Of a stretch of DNA of 64,000 nucleotides, positions 41,672-57,088 are shown piece after piece. The stretch lies in NCBI RefSeq assembly GCF_009914755.1, contig NC_060925.1; one strand, written 5' to 3'. The translations under genes were made by a program, and so were the position numbers. Each line of letters starts with the position of its first letter. Position 1 is the first letter of the stretch. A model generated the notes under the pieces. That model had not been told where the DNA came from. It saw nothing but the letters and a program-made list of their open reading frames with translations, and did not search any database. This DNA is from the human T2T-CHM13v2.0 reference genome, Homo sapiens.

Positions 41672-42193
41672 TGTATTTGTTTTCTATTGCTGTGTAACAA
41701 ATTTAGCAACAACATACATTTAAGATCTTCCAGTTTCCATGGGTCAGGACTCCCATCACAGCTTAGCTGAGTGCTCTGCTGAGAGTCTTCCAAGGCTGCA
41801 GTTAGGGTGTTGACTTTGCTGTGTTTCTTTTTGCAGCTCTTCCAGGCTCACAAGGTCACTGGCAGAATTCAGTTCTTTGTGGTTGTAGGACTGAGGTTCC
41901 TGCTTTCTTGCTGCCCATCAGTGGGGGGCCACTCTCAGCTCCTAGAGGCCCTTGCCTTGTGGCACTCTTGTAGGCCCTCTCCTGGCGTGGCAGCTTACCT
42001 CTTCAAGTTCAGGAGGAGACTTTCCATCCAGACTGCTAAGATAGAGTCTTACATAATGTAGCAATCCCAAGAGTGACATTTCATCACCCTTGTCATATTC
42101 TGTTGGCTAGAAGCAAGTCATAGGTTCCACCCACACTCAAGGGGATTATGCAAGGGAGTGAGTCATTGGGATCATTTTAGAATTCTGCCTACC
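41672..42193 (-). mobile_element. MLT1 (D/E-type) MaLR LTR
   Basis: TATTGCTGTGTAACAAAT...TTTTAGAATTCTGCCTACCA termini. Confidence 0.7.
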
Positions 42194-42461
42194 ATGCTGT
42201 ATGAACTGTTTTTGTTTCAACCAACTTCTGAGATCTGGAAAGGGAAGATAAGAAAGGGCTGTGTACGCAGTTGCCAGTAAAGATTGCTTTTCTTTCCACC
42301 AAAGCTAAAGATATTTGAGGAACTGGATATAGGCCTGAGATTTAGCAGAGCTCTGAGGCTGGATGTTGCAAGGAGAAAAAATAGGAAGCCCACAGGGCCA
42401 AGCTTGGGCCTCCTTGTACCTCCTCCACTGTATACATACATTTTGGGTTCATATTTTTCAG

Positions 42462-42716
42462 GCTGGCCACTACTGCAGGTCTCCAGCAGAGTCTTCACGG
42501 AAGGAGAACCTCTGGCCTTGAGGTGTCATGCGTGGAAGGATAAGCTGGTGTACAATGTGCTTTACTATCGAAATGGCAAAGCCTTTAAGTTTTTCCACTG
42601 GAATTCTAACCTCACCATTCTGAAAACCAACATAAGTCACAATGGCACCTACCATTGCTCAGGCAAGGGAAAGCATCACTACACATCAGCAGGAATATCA
42701 CAATACACTGTGAAAG
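42462..42716 (+). CDS. FCGR1CP: FCGR1 exon 4 (Ig domain EC2, IgG-binding domain)
   Basis: cag|GC TGG CCA...GTG AAA G|gtattg; [25 protein letters not shown]...[22 protein letters not shown]; 255 nt, open frame. Confidence 0.96.
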
Positions 42717-43328
42717 GTATTGTATTGGAATAGTCATAGAACTGATAGTCCCTCCCCCTGAGGGACCATCATAAATATTCTAAACTCCTCACTTTAATTT
42801 ACAAGTGAAGAAACCGGGCTCCAGAGAGGTAAACTGCATTACTAAAGGCCACACCATGACCAGTAGCTGGAACCAGAACTGAGGTCTCTGGGTCCTAGTC
42901 CAATACTCTTTCCAGTGTACCGCAAGCCCCATCAATAATCACAGGAGCTAATGTCAATGTCAGGGCATAATGGTGATCCATTTCATCCATCATTATTTTA
43001 GTTGTAAAGAATACAGACTCACTCTAGGTAGATAGGAGAGTTAGAAAATAATACCATGGAATCTCATGGAAGCCCCATAGAAAGAGAAACCTGGAAAATA
43101 TGAGGAACGGGCTATACTGTCCATCTACCTCTCAGGGACAAAGCAGCCTCTGTGGTGCCACTTCTTCCTGAGCATCTGCAGGCTAAGCAGTTTGCATATG
43201 GCCTTGTTCTGACCCTTTCACGGCCTTTCCTCTTAATACAATCACTAGCAACCTTTCTCTGTCTGAGAAAAAAAAAAGTTCACTCCTGTGGGAAAGAAAT
43301 TATTGTCCCAGATTATCTTTTAAAGTCA

Positions 43329-43517
<189 letters not shown>

Positions 43518-43631
43518 TCACTGAAATGGCAAGTGTGTGAGTCAGGGTTCACTCCTAGTTGACCACTGCCAAAAGGGCATGGTTATTGACCAGATGACAT
43601 GGTCATTCAGGGAAGGATGGACCATGTAGGG

Positions 43632-43918
43632 CAGGGGTTCCCAACCCTTACTGGTCCGTGGCCTGTTAGGAACTGGGCTGCACAGCAGGAGGTGAGCTTC
43701 TTCATGAGCCAGCATTACGGCCTGAGCTCCTCCTCCTGTCCAATCAGTGGCGACATTAGATTCTCATAGAAACATGAATCCTATTGTGAATTGTGCGTGC
43801 CTGATGATCTGAGGTGGAACAGTTACCTTCCAAAACCGTCCCCACTTCACCCCCCGGCTGTGGAAAAGTTGCCTTCCACAAAATCCATCCCTAGTGCCAA
43901 AAAGGTTGGGGACCACTG
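43632..43918 (+). mobile_element. MER1B-like hAT-Charlie DNA transposon
   Basis: TIRs CAGGGGTTCCCAACC...GGTTGGGGACCACTG; internal ACTGGTCCGTGGCCTGTTAGGAAC. Confidence 0.82.
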
Positions 43919-44137
43919 GTATAGAGGTATCCTCAGTAGGACTCAGCAAGCTGGCAACCCTAATTATGTCTATTAGGACACCCCAAGAATGGCTCTCTGC
44001 TGGAAGTAAAAACGGTTAATGCCTTATGGATTCATTTTCTAAGGCCAGGTTTCCCAAGGGGGTAAAGGGCATGTCTTTTGTGAAAAGGACCTGGATGCTA
44101 AACAGGCAACCCTTTCCCCCATCAACTTTCTCCTTAG

Positions 44138-44421
44138 AGCTATTTCCAGCTCCAGTGCTGAATGCATCTGTGACATCCCCACTCCTGGGGGGAATCTGGT
44201 CACCCTGAGCTGTGAAACAAAGTTGCTCTTGCAGAGGCCTGGTTTGCAGCTTTACTTCTCCTTCTACATGGGCAGCAAGACCCTGCGAGGCAGGAACACA
44301 TCCTCTGAATACTAAATACTAACTGCTAGAAGAGAAGACTCTGGGTTATACTGGTGCGAGGCTGCCACAGAGGATGGAAATGTCCTTAAGCGCAGCCCTG
44401 AGTTGGAGCTTCAAGTGCTTG
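44138..44421 (+). pseudogene. FCGR1CP: FCGR1 exon 5 (EC3), disrupted
   Basis: tag|AG CTA TTT CCA... reads CTG GGGGG AAT instead of CTG GAG GGG AAT (1-nt deletion in 44188-44192), giving TGA at 44206-44208. The ancestral frame also has TAC TAA (44313-44315) where CD64 reads EYQIL. Ends CTT G|gtgagt. Confidence 0.94.
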
Positions 44422-44603
44422 GTGAGTGAGAATGACGGGAAGCCACTGGCACAGAAGAAGGGACTCCCTTATCTCCCATGGGACTGAGGTTTGTTCAAGG
44501 GTTTTTGGCCCAGACAGGAGGGGAAAGTCTCTTCAGGAAAAGCCCACAAGCAGGCCTTTCCATCCTTGATTCACAACATCACTCTTCTCCTCGCAAACTG
44601 TTA

Positions 44604-44790
44604 AATTTCCTTTCCTTTCTTTTTCTTTTTCCTTTGCCTTTCCTTCCTCCATTTCTTTCCTTCATTTTCTCCTCTGTCCTTCTTTTCTTCTCCTTCATTT
44701 TATTTTCCCCTCCCTCCCACTCTTCCCTCCACTCCATGACCCCCGCTTCTCTCTCTCTCTCTCCCTGCTTCCCTGCCTCCCTCCTCCTCA
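44604..44790. repeat. CT-rich low-complexity tract in intron 5
   Basis: Polypyrimidine simple sequence. Confidence 0.85.
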
Positions 44791-45319
44791 CCAACAATCT
44801 CACCAACAATTTATCAAGTTCTTCCTATCTGTTGTCATACGTCTGGGGATATAAAGACATTTGAGTATAGTTCTTGCTTCAAGGAGCTCACAAGGTGGAT
44901 TTATCAGACAGTGATTTTGTAAACTGCAAATCACCACCTCCCCAAGTATCTCTATTTAACTGAGGCAGAGGGATTGTGAGCTCCAGAACAAAGTCTCCTT
45001 GGGGGGGAAAAAAGTTCATCTTCAACCCAAATTCATTTCAAGTATTAAATGGCACAGAGATATCAGTTGTCTCTGGAACTAGGAAGTAAGTCCACTGACA
45101 GGGCCCAGCAATTAAGCTCTTCCAAGGAGCCTGTCCCTGTCTATACACCATATAGCCAGTTAGAGCTACCGCCAGTTCCTTCCTGCTCCCTGAAATGACC
45201 AGTGCCTCCCTGAGGACAGGCACATCAGGTCTCAGCCAACCTTCCCTTCCAAACATAACTCAGCCAGACCCCTCTGGTCTCTAAATAGTATCTCTTCTCT
45301 TTGTCTTTTTCTGTTTCAG

Positions 45320-45600
45320 GCCTCCAGTTACCAACTCCTGTCTGGTTTCATGTCCTTTTCTATCTGGCAGTGGGAATAATGTTTTTAGTGAACACTGTTC
45401 TCTGGGTGACAATACGTAAAGAACTGAAAAGAAAGAAAAAGTGGAATTTAGAAATCTCTTTGGATTCTGGTCATGAGAAGAAGGTAATTTCCAGCCTTCA
45501 AGAAGACAGACATTTAGAAGAAGAGCTGAAATGTCAGGAACAAAAAGAAGAACAGCTGCAGGAAGGGGTGCACCGGAAGGAGCCCCAGGGGGCCACGTAG
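45320..45600 (+). CDS. FCGR1CP: FCGR1 exon 6 (transmembrane + cytoplasmic tail), coding part
   Basis: cag|GC CTC CAG TTA...; [47 protein letters not shown]...QGAT TAG. Confidence 0.96.
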
Positions 45601-45732
45601 CAGCGGCTCAGTGGGTGGCCATCGATCTGGACCGTCCCCTGTCCACTTGCTCCCCGTGAGCACTGCGTACAAACATCCAAAAGTTCAACAACACCAGAAC
45701 TGTGTGTCTCATGGTATATAACTCTTAAAGCA

Positions 45733-45738
45733 AATAAA
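45733..45738 (+). terminator. Polyadenylation signal of FCGR1 transcript
   Basis: AATAAA 133 nt after the stop codon. Confidence 0.75.
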
Positions 45739-46639
45739 TGAACTGACTTCAACTGGGATACATTTGGAAATGTGGTCATCAAAGATGACTTGAAATGAGG
45801 CCTACTCTAAAGAATTCTTGAAAAACTTACAAGTCAAGCCTAGCCTGATAATCCTATTACATAGTTTGAAAAATAGTATTTTATTTCTCAGAACAAGGTA
45901 AAAAGGTGAGTGGGTGCATATGTACAGAAGATTAAGACAGACAAACAGACAGAAAGAGACACACACACAGTCAGGAGTGGGTAGATTTCAGGGAGACAAG
46001 AGGGAATAGTATAGACAATAAGGAAGGAAATAGTACTTACAAATGACTCCTAAGGGACTGTGAGACTGAGAGGGCTCACGCCTCTGTGTTCAGGATACTT
46101 AGTTCATGGCTTTTCTCTGTGACTTTACTAAAAGAGAATGTCTCCATACGCGTTCTAGGCATACAAGGGGGTAACTCATGATGAGAAATGGATGTGTTAT
46201 TCTTGCCCTCTCTTTTGAGGCTCTCTCATAACCCCTCTATTTCTAGAGACAACAAAAATGCTGCCAGTCCTAGGCCCCTGCCCTGTAGGAAGGCAGAATG
46301 TAACTGTTCTTTTTGTTTAACGATTAAGTCCAAATCTCCAAGTGCGGCACTGCAAAGAGACGCTTCAAGTGGGGAGAAGCGGCGATATCATAGAGTCCAG
46401 ATCTTGCCTCCAGAGATTTGCTTTACCTTCCTGATTTTCTGGTTACTAATTAGCTTCAGGATACGCTGCTCTCATACTTGGGCTGTAGTTTGGAGACAAA
46501 ATATTTTCCTGCCACTGTGTAACAGCTGAGGTAAAAACTGAACTATGTAAATGACTCTACTAAAAGTTTAGGGAAAAAAAACAGGAGGAGTATGACACAC
46601 ACAGCAACTTGATTCTAGATTATTTGGTTTGATCCGTAA

Positions 46640-47560
46640 ATGATGGGATGGGGCGTCGCGCTCCGAGCGTGTCCCGCGGCGGGCCCCTGGCGCCACACTG
46701 TGGCCGCATGTGCATATTGCAGCCTCCGCCCGTATCTGGGGGCCGCAGCCGCCAGCGCCCGGGGACCCAGCTGCGGCGAAAGCTGTCGGGCGCGCGCTTC
46801 GCCGCAGCTCCGCGCCCCCGCCAAAACCCAGTGAGAAATTATTTGCATTCCTGGAGCCTGCAGGAGCGAGAAATGAGCTGTAGGAGTCGGTGGGCAGCAA
46901 CGGCGGCAGGCGGATGGAAGAGAGCAAGGGGTCGCCGTTCGTGTCCCATTCGCCCGAGTCAAGGGGCGGCCCCCCAAAATCCCAACGTCATTGTTTCCTC
47001 GGGGCCGGCAGGTGTGAAAACCCGGCGGCAGAATGGAAGTTCGGTAGTCTGCGAGGGCCCGCGGCCTCCCCAGGCGCGTAGCTGAGTCCCTCCAACCCCG
47101 CCCCGGGCCCGCCTGCTCCCGGGCCCCGGCGCGGCGCCACCTGGCGGCTGTCTGTGGAGGTTGCAGCTGCCGCCAAGCCACGGGGATGCTGCCGGCCTCA
47201 GGTGCCCCCGGCCGAGCCTCCGCGGAGAGGAGGATTGGTAGATCACAGGAAACGGGAGGACGGCGCTGGGCTCCCAGCAGGCGCCCCAGCTTCTTGGCTT
47301 GTCGCAAGAGCAGCCGGAGGCGGCGGCGGCAGGGAGGGAGCGGGTGGGGAGTGGGAGAGGCCGCCCGCCTCCCCGTCCAGCTCGGAGGACCTCCCAGCTG
47401 GTTCCCTCACCGTCAAAAGCAGGAAGGGAGCTGGCTCGGCGGGATCAGCAAGCCAGCGGGCAAGAAGGCTCCAGGCTCCGCAGGGGCCACCCCACATGGA
47501 CTCGGGAACCGCCGAGCTTCACCCACAAGGGCCCACGGCCCATCCTATCACGGATGAAAA
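46640..47560. promoter_or_regulatory. CpG island about 1 kb 3' of FCGR1CP; octamer ATTTGCAT at 46841-46848 and GC boxes
   Basis: About 900 bp of very GC/CpG-rich non-repeat sequence with CCGCCC boxes. Confidence 0.8.
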
Positions 47561-48049
47561 GATTACAGGACTGACAATGAGCCCCTGGAGGGATCTGATG
47601 CAGCTGGCGGGGAGAAAGGTGGGTCGGACTTAGAGGGGTGGTGGGGTGGAGGAATATCTTTCTTCTCCCTGGGACCTACCGAGGCTTCACCTGTGAGGGT
47701 CTTGGGCCCATCCTTCAATCCGAGAGCTTCCAAGCCAAAGCACAGCTCCCCAGAGTGGACAAGTGGAGCAGAACCGGCATTAGGTTGGGAGGGTGGGTCG
47801 TTAGGGGTAGTTCTTCACCTTGCAGGCTGGGTATGGAGACCTCTAAATTCATCCTAGGGCCACAAGAGCTTCTGTAAGAGTTCAGGCCCGTTTCAGAACA
47901 CTCAGAGGTTCCTAGCCTGAGAAGTAATCCCCAAAGCAGACCAACCGGTTTGGGGTAAAACAGGAATAGTTGGGTCCATTCTGGATCTTTCCTAGCTAAA
48001 TGCCTTCAGGATTTAGGAACATTTTCCTAGGAGGGCCAAGGATTAGCTA

Positions 48050-48800
<751 letters not shown>

Positions 48801-49058
48801 GGATTTGGAGTGGGACTGCACTAAATCTGTCGATCTTTTTGGGGCAGGGGCGGGAGGGAGAGGGTTAGGGAGGATTGATATCATTCCAACACTGACTTTC
48901 CAATCCATAAACAAGGTATAACTCTCATTTATTTATGTCACTGTTAATGTCTCACAACAATATTATAATATTCTCTCTAGATGTGTTAGATGTATTCTTA
49001 GGTCCTTCATTTTTGTGTTATTGTAAATGGTATTGTCAGAATCTTCAGAAGTAATTAT

Positions 49059-49337
49059 TGGCCAGGTGCGGTGGTTCATGTCTGTAATCCTAGCACTTTG
49101 GGAGGCCAAGGTAGGCAGACACTTGAGCCAGGTGTTGGAGACCAGCCTGGGCAACATGGCAAACCTCATCTTTATAAAAAATACAAAAATTAGCCAGTGG
49201 CACACGCCTGTAGCCCCAGCTACTCAGGAGGCTGAAGTAGGAGGATCAATTGAGCCCAGGAGGCAGAGGCTGCAGTAAGCCAAGATCGCACCACTGCACT
49301 TCAGCCTGGGTGGCAGAGGGAAACCCTGTCTCAAAAA

Positions 49338-49372
<35 letters not shown>

Positions 49373-49374
49373 AT
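49059..49374 (+). mobile_element. AluJ with (TAAA)n tail
   Basis: Diverged Alu dimer. Confidence 0.85.
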
Positions 49375-49395
49375 GATTATTACCAGTCTCACAGC

Positions 49396-49972
49396 TGAGG
49401 CAGAAATTTAAAACAAATAAATAATAAGTACTGCATTTATTCACTCCAAGAAAAGTAAAAGCTAAGGCCCAGAATGTGGCAAGGCAAGGGTTAAAAAGAA
49501 GAGAACAAGTTTTCCTCTGCCTAGCAAGCTTACTTCAAGGACAGTTATAAGATAACGCTGTCCAAATAGCCAAGGTCAAAGGAATAGGCTCCAGACACCC
49601 CTCCCTTCCAGAGCAAGGTTGGAGGAAGAAAAAGAGAAAGATTCTTTTACTCTTACTCTTTCCCCAGGCCTCTTAAGCATTATTTACAAATGTCTGTATT
49701 TAGCCAGTTTTTGTTTTTCTTTCGATGCAACTACAAGGTCACCAGCTATGCAAGGTCACAAGTTATGTTATGCTATAGATTATGTGACCTGTCACTGTAT
49801 GATTAACTGCTTTTGTTTTGTGTCTGTAAGGCCGCTTATAAAAACCCCACTCTGTCTTTGTTCAGTGCTCAGCTTTTTAGATGCAAACCTGCTGAGCCGT
49901 GCGTACCTAAAATAAACAACAATCCTCCTGTTTTTCCATATTGGCCTCTCCTTTCCTCAGTTTACCACAACA
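49396..49972 (+). mobile_element. ERV1 solo LTR (HERV3/HERV1-related, subfamily uncertain)
   Basis: TGAGGCAG...CA termini; near-TSD CAGC/TAGC; TATA near 49837; AATAAA at 49911-49916. Confidence 0.7.
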
Positions 49973-50923
49973 TAGCCATAATAGTATAAAAACTGAAAGA
50001 CCCTAAGACACATATACATTAAGCTTGGCAACGGAAAGCAGGATGTCACACACACACAAAGCTAGTAATGTGAAAATCTGGTCTTGCATAAGGTCTTTTA
50101 GGTACAGACTTCTTTGTTAATGCACATTGGCAGGAAAATGGGAACGAATAAAATTGCTTGCTGTCCTTCTCCCTTTATTCTCCACTTCTTGTTTTTTCTA
50201 AATGTGGGGTCAAAACTTCCATGAGGGTAAGAAGTTCAGTTTTCTGCCTTTCCCCTTCATCTCCCTATCACACATGTATACTACTCCTTAACACTTAGAG
50301 AAGATAAAAAAAGAATAAATTGTGGAGAGGGAGCATATGTGAAAGTAAAAGATTCCCAGACATAATACGGGAGTTAATGGAGAAAGAAAATCTCTAAGGA
50401 AGACTAGAAATAATTGGGTTAGGGATTCTCGAGAAGTAAATTAAATTCCCCAAATATGGTATTCTCTGAGAAGATAATTTTGAAGAAGCAATGGCGTGAT
50501 ATCCAGTGAAACAGCAGTCCTCTGGAGCCTGGCTGTGACTTCAAGGCCCAGTTCTTCTGGAAGGGCAGAAAAATACTTTGAAGAGGAGAAATGGGCATTT
50601 ATATAGGTTTATAAGTACCATCTTTATTTTAGAAAATAATCATTTTCTACCTGGAATTCTAGTTTATTGTGACCAAAGATTGTAAAATTTCAGGATATGG
50701 CTGAATTAAAATCTTGGTCCTGCACTTAAATAGCTCCTTGAATTGCAATTTCTTATCCCAATTATTTTATCCTTTCATTCCACTGTGAAATCTATATCAT
50801 GGCACTTAATAGTCAACTTTATTATTTTAATTTAACAAATGCTTATTTACCTTTCATGGGTTATTTCATTTAGCCTTCATAATATCTCTTGTCATTGCCT
50901 CACACTCAGTCGGTGGCTTTTAA

Positions 50924-51294
<371 letters not shown>

Positions 51295-52645
51295 TTGGTG
51301 CTATTTTTAAGGATATGTATATCTGATTTTTTTTTCTGTTTCTCTTATAGTTAATTCTTTAGTCAGGTATTTTACTTTTCTTAGCTCAACTTTGGTAATT
51401 TGTATGGAAAAGTCAACATTTTGTCTACATTTGCAAATATATATCAAAAATACACATCATTTTAATATCTTCTATATCTAGTATTACTTATGTGCTTTTT
51501 CAATAGTAAGTTTACGGAAGGATTAACTCTTAATTTTCTTTTCAGGGAACACAGTGTTTGGTTTTATAAATACCATTTTGGTGGAATAGGAAGGTATGAT
51601 CTGTTTCATTGACTATGCTTTCATCTTACTTTATGCCTTCTACTTTCCACAGGTTTTTGTTGTGTTCCTTTGTTAGCGTTGGAGTTAAAAGCTTAATTCT
51701 CTCTCTGTTGCTCAGGCTGGAGTGCAGTGGCATGATCTCAACTCACTGTAACCCTCCACCTCCCAGGCTCAACGATCCTCCTGCCTCGGCCTCCCTAGCA
51801 GCTGGAACTATAGGCGTGCACCACGACATCCAGCTAATTTTTGTATTTGTTGGAGACACAGGGTCCTGCCATATTGTCCAGGCTGGTCTCCAATTCCAGA
51901 GGCAATAATTGGGAGGCCAAGGCGATCTGCCTACCAATTATTTTCTCTTAAATGCATTTTAAAGCTACAAATTTTCTCCTGACTGCTTCATGTAGGTTTT
52001 AATATTATTTGCCATGAAATATATTTCACAGTGGAATGACAGATAATTGGGATAAGAAATGGCAATTCAAGGAGTTATTTAAATATAGGGCTAAGATTTG
52101 AATTCTAGCTTACTGGGACCAAAGCTTGTGAAGTCTCAGGGTATGGCTGAATTATAGTGCTCTTGTTATTTCTAAAGAGCGTATAATTTTTATTCTGATA
52201 TCCCCTTTAACCCATGTGCTTTTTCCTAAGAGTACAACTTAAGGAGGGCATGTTTGATTATTTTATTGTTTTATAATCAGTTAACTATGCCCTGGTCCTA
52301 TATGGTTTCAGCTTTTCAGCACTTGTTGAGGCTTAATTTGCCATCTCACTTATGGCCAATTTTTGTCAATATTCTATGTGAATTTGAAAATAATGTAACT
52401 TTCCTATTTTGAATATAAGATGGTATAGGCATAATTATAGTTATGATTAATCTTATTAACCGTGTTCTTCAAATTCTCCATATCCTCAATAAGTTTCAGT
52501 CAACTAGATCTGTCAATTCCTAAGAAAGGTATATTAAACTTATCACTGTGATTGTTGACTTATATGCACATATGTGTATGTATCCTTGTTAAATGCAAAC
52601 AATTCATGGTCATTCCTTAATGGAGCACTACCTTTATGAATATGA

Positions 52646-52983
<338 letters not shown>

Positions 52984-53875
52984 CACATTTTTCTAACTTC
53001 TACAGTAATAATATCTATATCCTATTTATTTATAACATAAATCTTACTTAGCTTGTTTTACTTCTCTTCACTCTTGCTTTCCCTACCACCCTTCTACATC
53101 ACCTGGAATTTGAATTCCAGGTTTTCTTTTTAATTTTCTAGAATCTAAATTCACTTTGTTTAGCAATATCTTTTACCAAATACATGACCACCTTTGCTTC
53201 CATTATCTCACATCTTCCCTTATGATCTTTTTAAAATTATTGCTGGAATAGAATTCTGAAAAGTCACCCACACTTAAATGATAGTTTAATTGAATTCAAA
53301 ATTATTTTCCCTAGATTTTAAAAAATAATGCTTCGTGTCTTCTTATATCCAGTGGAGCCCAAATGAGTTGGATGTAAATTTGACTTCCATTTCTTCATAA
53401 GCATTTTCCCTGAATATGTTTAGAAATTTCTCCTTGTTCCCAAATTTTGTCACTGTGAATCTAGGTGAGGGTCCTTCTCATCCTGTATGCTCAGAATTTA
53501 ATAGGACCTTGCAATCTAAGGATGTATGTATGCATTTAGATCCTGTGAAATATCCTCCTTTTATTCCTTTATTTTCTCATGACTATGGTTGCATACTACA
53601 CAATAGTAGGTTGTACACTACACATTGGCAAATCTTACTATTCAAATGACAGCCCCTGAAATTGTGCAGTGCACAATCAGCAAATCTTATTTGGTAGATC
53701 TGTATTTTATTTCTTACTTGTTCTCAATTCTCCCCTCCTCTCTAACTCCTCATCCTGTTACATGAGTTTGGAACATCTGGATCTATTTTTCATATCATTT
53801 AACTTTTCTTTCATCTCTGCATGCATCTTTTTATATGGCTTTGTGGAGGAATTTCTGGCTTATCTTGATCATCAT

Positions 53876-54683
53876 GAGGAGGGAGAAACTCAAACTATGT
53901 GTTTCCTGTGCTTTCACACTACAACAATCAACACAGAAGACTGACGGCGGAGCGGGGTTCTCCACACAGCAAGCAAGCAATCAGTTCTGCAGTGGACACC
54001 AGCTGAGTGTACTCCAATTCAGTTTTTACACTATTTATCAGGAGATCCCACAGGTTGAGGACTGAGTCTACCAGACTGCCCCCACTTCAAATGCCAGTTC
54101 CAAGTCTGGGCCTCCAGAACTTCTGACCAACCATTTCCAAGCTGGGGTTCCCATGGCTTCCTCCTTTGCATTGTATTAATTTGCTAGAGCAGTTCATGAA
54201 ACTCAGAGAAACACTTGGGTTTACTGGTTTATAACAAAAAATACAGATGAAAAGATGCATAAGGCAAAGTATGGGGGAAGGAGCATGGAGCTTCCATGCA
54301 CCTCCACTGGGTGCGCCACCCTTCAGGAACCTCTACATGTTCAGCTATCCAGAAGCTCTCCAAGCCCTGTCCTTTTGGGTCGTTATGGAGGCTCCATTGC
54401 AAAGGAATCACTGATTAAACCATTGGCCATTGGTGATCGGCTTAACCTTCAGCCCCTCTCCCCTCCCCGGAAGTTGGAGGTGGGCTGAAAGTCCCAACTC
54501 TCTAATCCTCCCCTTGTTCTTTCTGGTCACCAGCCCCCATCCTGAAGCTACCTAGGGGCTGCCAGACATCAGTCAACTCATTAATAAACAAAACGACATC
54601 ACACTTTGGTGTTTCTAAGGATTTTAGGAGTTGTATGTCAGGAAATGGGGTTGAAGACCAAATATATATTTCATAATAGCACA
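53876..54683 (-). mobile_element. MER21-family LTR
   Basis: Motifs CAGTTCTGCAGTGGACACCAGCTG, GAGATCCCACAGGTTGAGG, CTGAAAGTCCCAACTCTCTAATC, GAAGACCAAATATATATTT. Confidence 0.78.
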
Positions 54684-54872
54684 ATCTTTCAGCTTATTTA
54701 TTTTCTCTTGGCTTTATCTATCCTGTTCTGGATTTATCCCTTGTTGAATTTTTATGTCAATAATCAAATTTTAAATTTCCAAGATGTGGGAGCGCCCAGT
54801 TACTTGGCACATTTTCCTGCCTCCTTGAACCAAATGACCGCACTCACTGCTGGGGTCAAAGATGTCAGTCAC

Positions 54873-55149
<277 letters not shown>

Positions 55150-56463
55150 CTATCAGTTGCCCCAAGACCAACTTTTGTCTCCTGGTTCCAAAACATGTGG
55201 ATCATTTTTTGGTCCACTCCTGTCTTCTGCAGAAGTCCTCCTTGGCACTCTTCACTGTTACCCCATCTGCCATCTTTGTCAATTTTTTATCATTTCTAGG
55301 AATTTGGGGTGGAATATGAGAAGAAAGCAACATATCTTCAGGACACAATCTTGAATCAGTAGCTATTTTTCACCTGTGCATTAGAGACGGGAAACTTGCA
55401 GAGCACTTAACAGGACTTCCCTACGATCACCAACTAGTATTTATTGAATTGTTTATTAGTAGGAAACATTAAGCAATTATCCTTCATAAAAACATTATGA
55501 AGTAAGTAAGCATTACTATAGTCCCAGTTTTAAGATGAGAAAACACAGATTAAAAACATCCTAAAGAGCAGAGCCAAGTTACACTCCAGGTGGTCCGTCT
55601 CAGAAGCCTGAACTCTTTACTAATACACTATACGATGGCATATCCGGGTGATTTTGGGAACACATTATACTTCTACCCTGCCAGGAGGGCCAAATGTATT
55701 TACTTTGTCATCTCTGTGCTGTAAGGGGCCACATTTCTACCCATCAACTCAATCTACATTACTCAAGCATGCTTGTAATTCATATGTTATTTCCTCATGC
55801 CAGGAAGAACAGTCACAGTTCTGTTTCACTATGCTTTTATCTTTGAGACTCAAATTCCCCCCTCCCCACTATAAATTATTTGCACATACTAGTCTAGAAA
55901 AATTTAATATGCCACTTTCCCCCACAAACACATCTCCACAATCATAAACATCATGAAATAAACTTCTCTTAGACAAATGAAAAAGTTTCTTACCTTTTTC
56001 TCCAGGCTAAGGATCAAAATTCAAGTTTTACTTGGTTAACTCTCCTGCTAATCTGAAAACTGTCTTCTTCTCTATAGATGCTTGCTGTTTCAGGGGGGCA
56101 GGCGGGAGTTATTTAAGAATAATTTCCATTACCTAATACCTTGATACTAATGTGAAAAAAATTATGAAAATCAGAGGTCAACACTTAAAAAGATCCACGA
56201 AAAATCTCCTACAAAGACACTTAAATAAGTAAAATCATCAAATTTTCATAATGTAACAGGGAGAAGATTGAAGAAACCAAAAAAAGCAAGTATGTTCCTT
56301 TGCTGGAACTAATTCTATGGCTAATATATATACAAGTTAATCAGCATACCTTTCTCCTGCTCATTATTCTACATATAATATGGGTCTTAAGTAAGTAAAC
56401 ATTCCAAACTAGATGAAATACAGTTCCAGAGAGAAATTATAAGTAGTTTAAGACTTAACCCTT

Positions 56464-57088
56464 TGTATTAGTCAGAGTTCTCCAGAGGGACAAAACTAAT
56501 AGGGGAGACATATATCTATAGATATAGATAGATGATAATAGATTAGATATAGATATATTAAAAGGAGTTTATTAAGGAGAATTGGCTCACATGATTACAA
56601 GGCAAAGTCCTACAGTGGGCCGTCTGCAAGCTGAGGAAGAAAGAAGCCAGTAGTGGTTCAGTCTGAGTCCAAAAGCCTCAAGAGTAGGAAAGCCCATAGT
56701 GCAGCCTTCAGTCTGTGGCCTAAGGCCCAAAAGCCCCAGGCAAGCCACTGGTGTTAAGTCCAAGAGTCCAAAGGCCAAAGAACCTGGAGTCTGATGTCCA
56801 AAGGCAGGAGGAATGGATGGAGGCATCCAGCACAGGAGAGGGATGAAAGCCAGAACTCTGCAAGCCAGCTTAGCCCGCCCACCTTCTCTCTCCTGTTTTG
56901 TTGTAGCTACCCTGGCAGCCGACTGGATGGTGTCAACCCCCATTGAGGGTGAGTCTTCCTCTCCTAGTCCACTGACTCAAATGTTAATCTCCTCTGGTAA
57001 CACCCTCACAGACACACCCAGAAACAATACTTAGCTATCTAGGCATCCTTTAATCCTATCAAGTTGACACCTAATATTAACCATCACA
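56464..57088 (-). mobile_element. MLT2A (ERVL) solo LTR
   Basis: TGTATTAGTCAGAGTTCTCCAGAGGGACA...AAGTTGACACCTAATATTAACCATCACA with an internal (TAGA)n. Confidence 0.85.

Noticed and set aside
46568-47633. Long ORFs (up to 230 aa) in the 3' CpG island
   Set aside because: They overlap on both strands, are Ala/Arg/Gly/Pro-rich and have no recognisable domain. This is the expected stop-codon depletion of GC-rich DNA.
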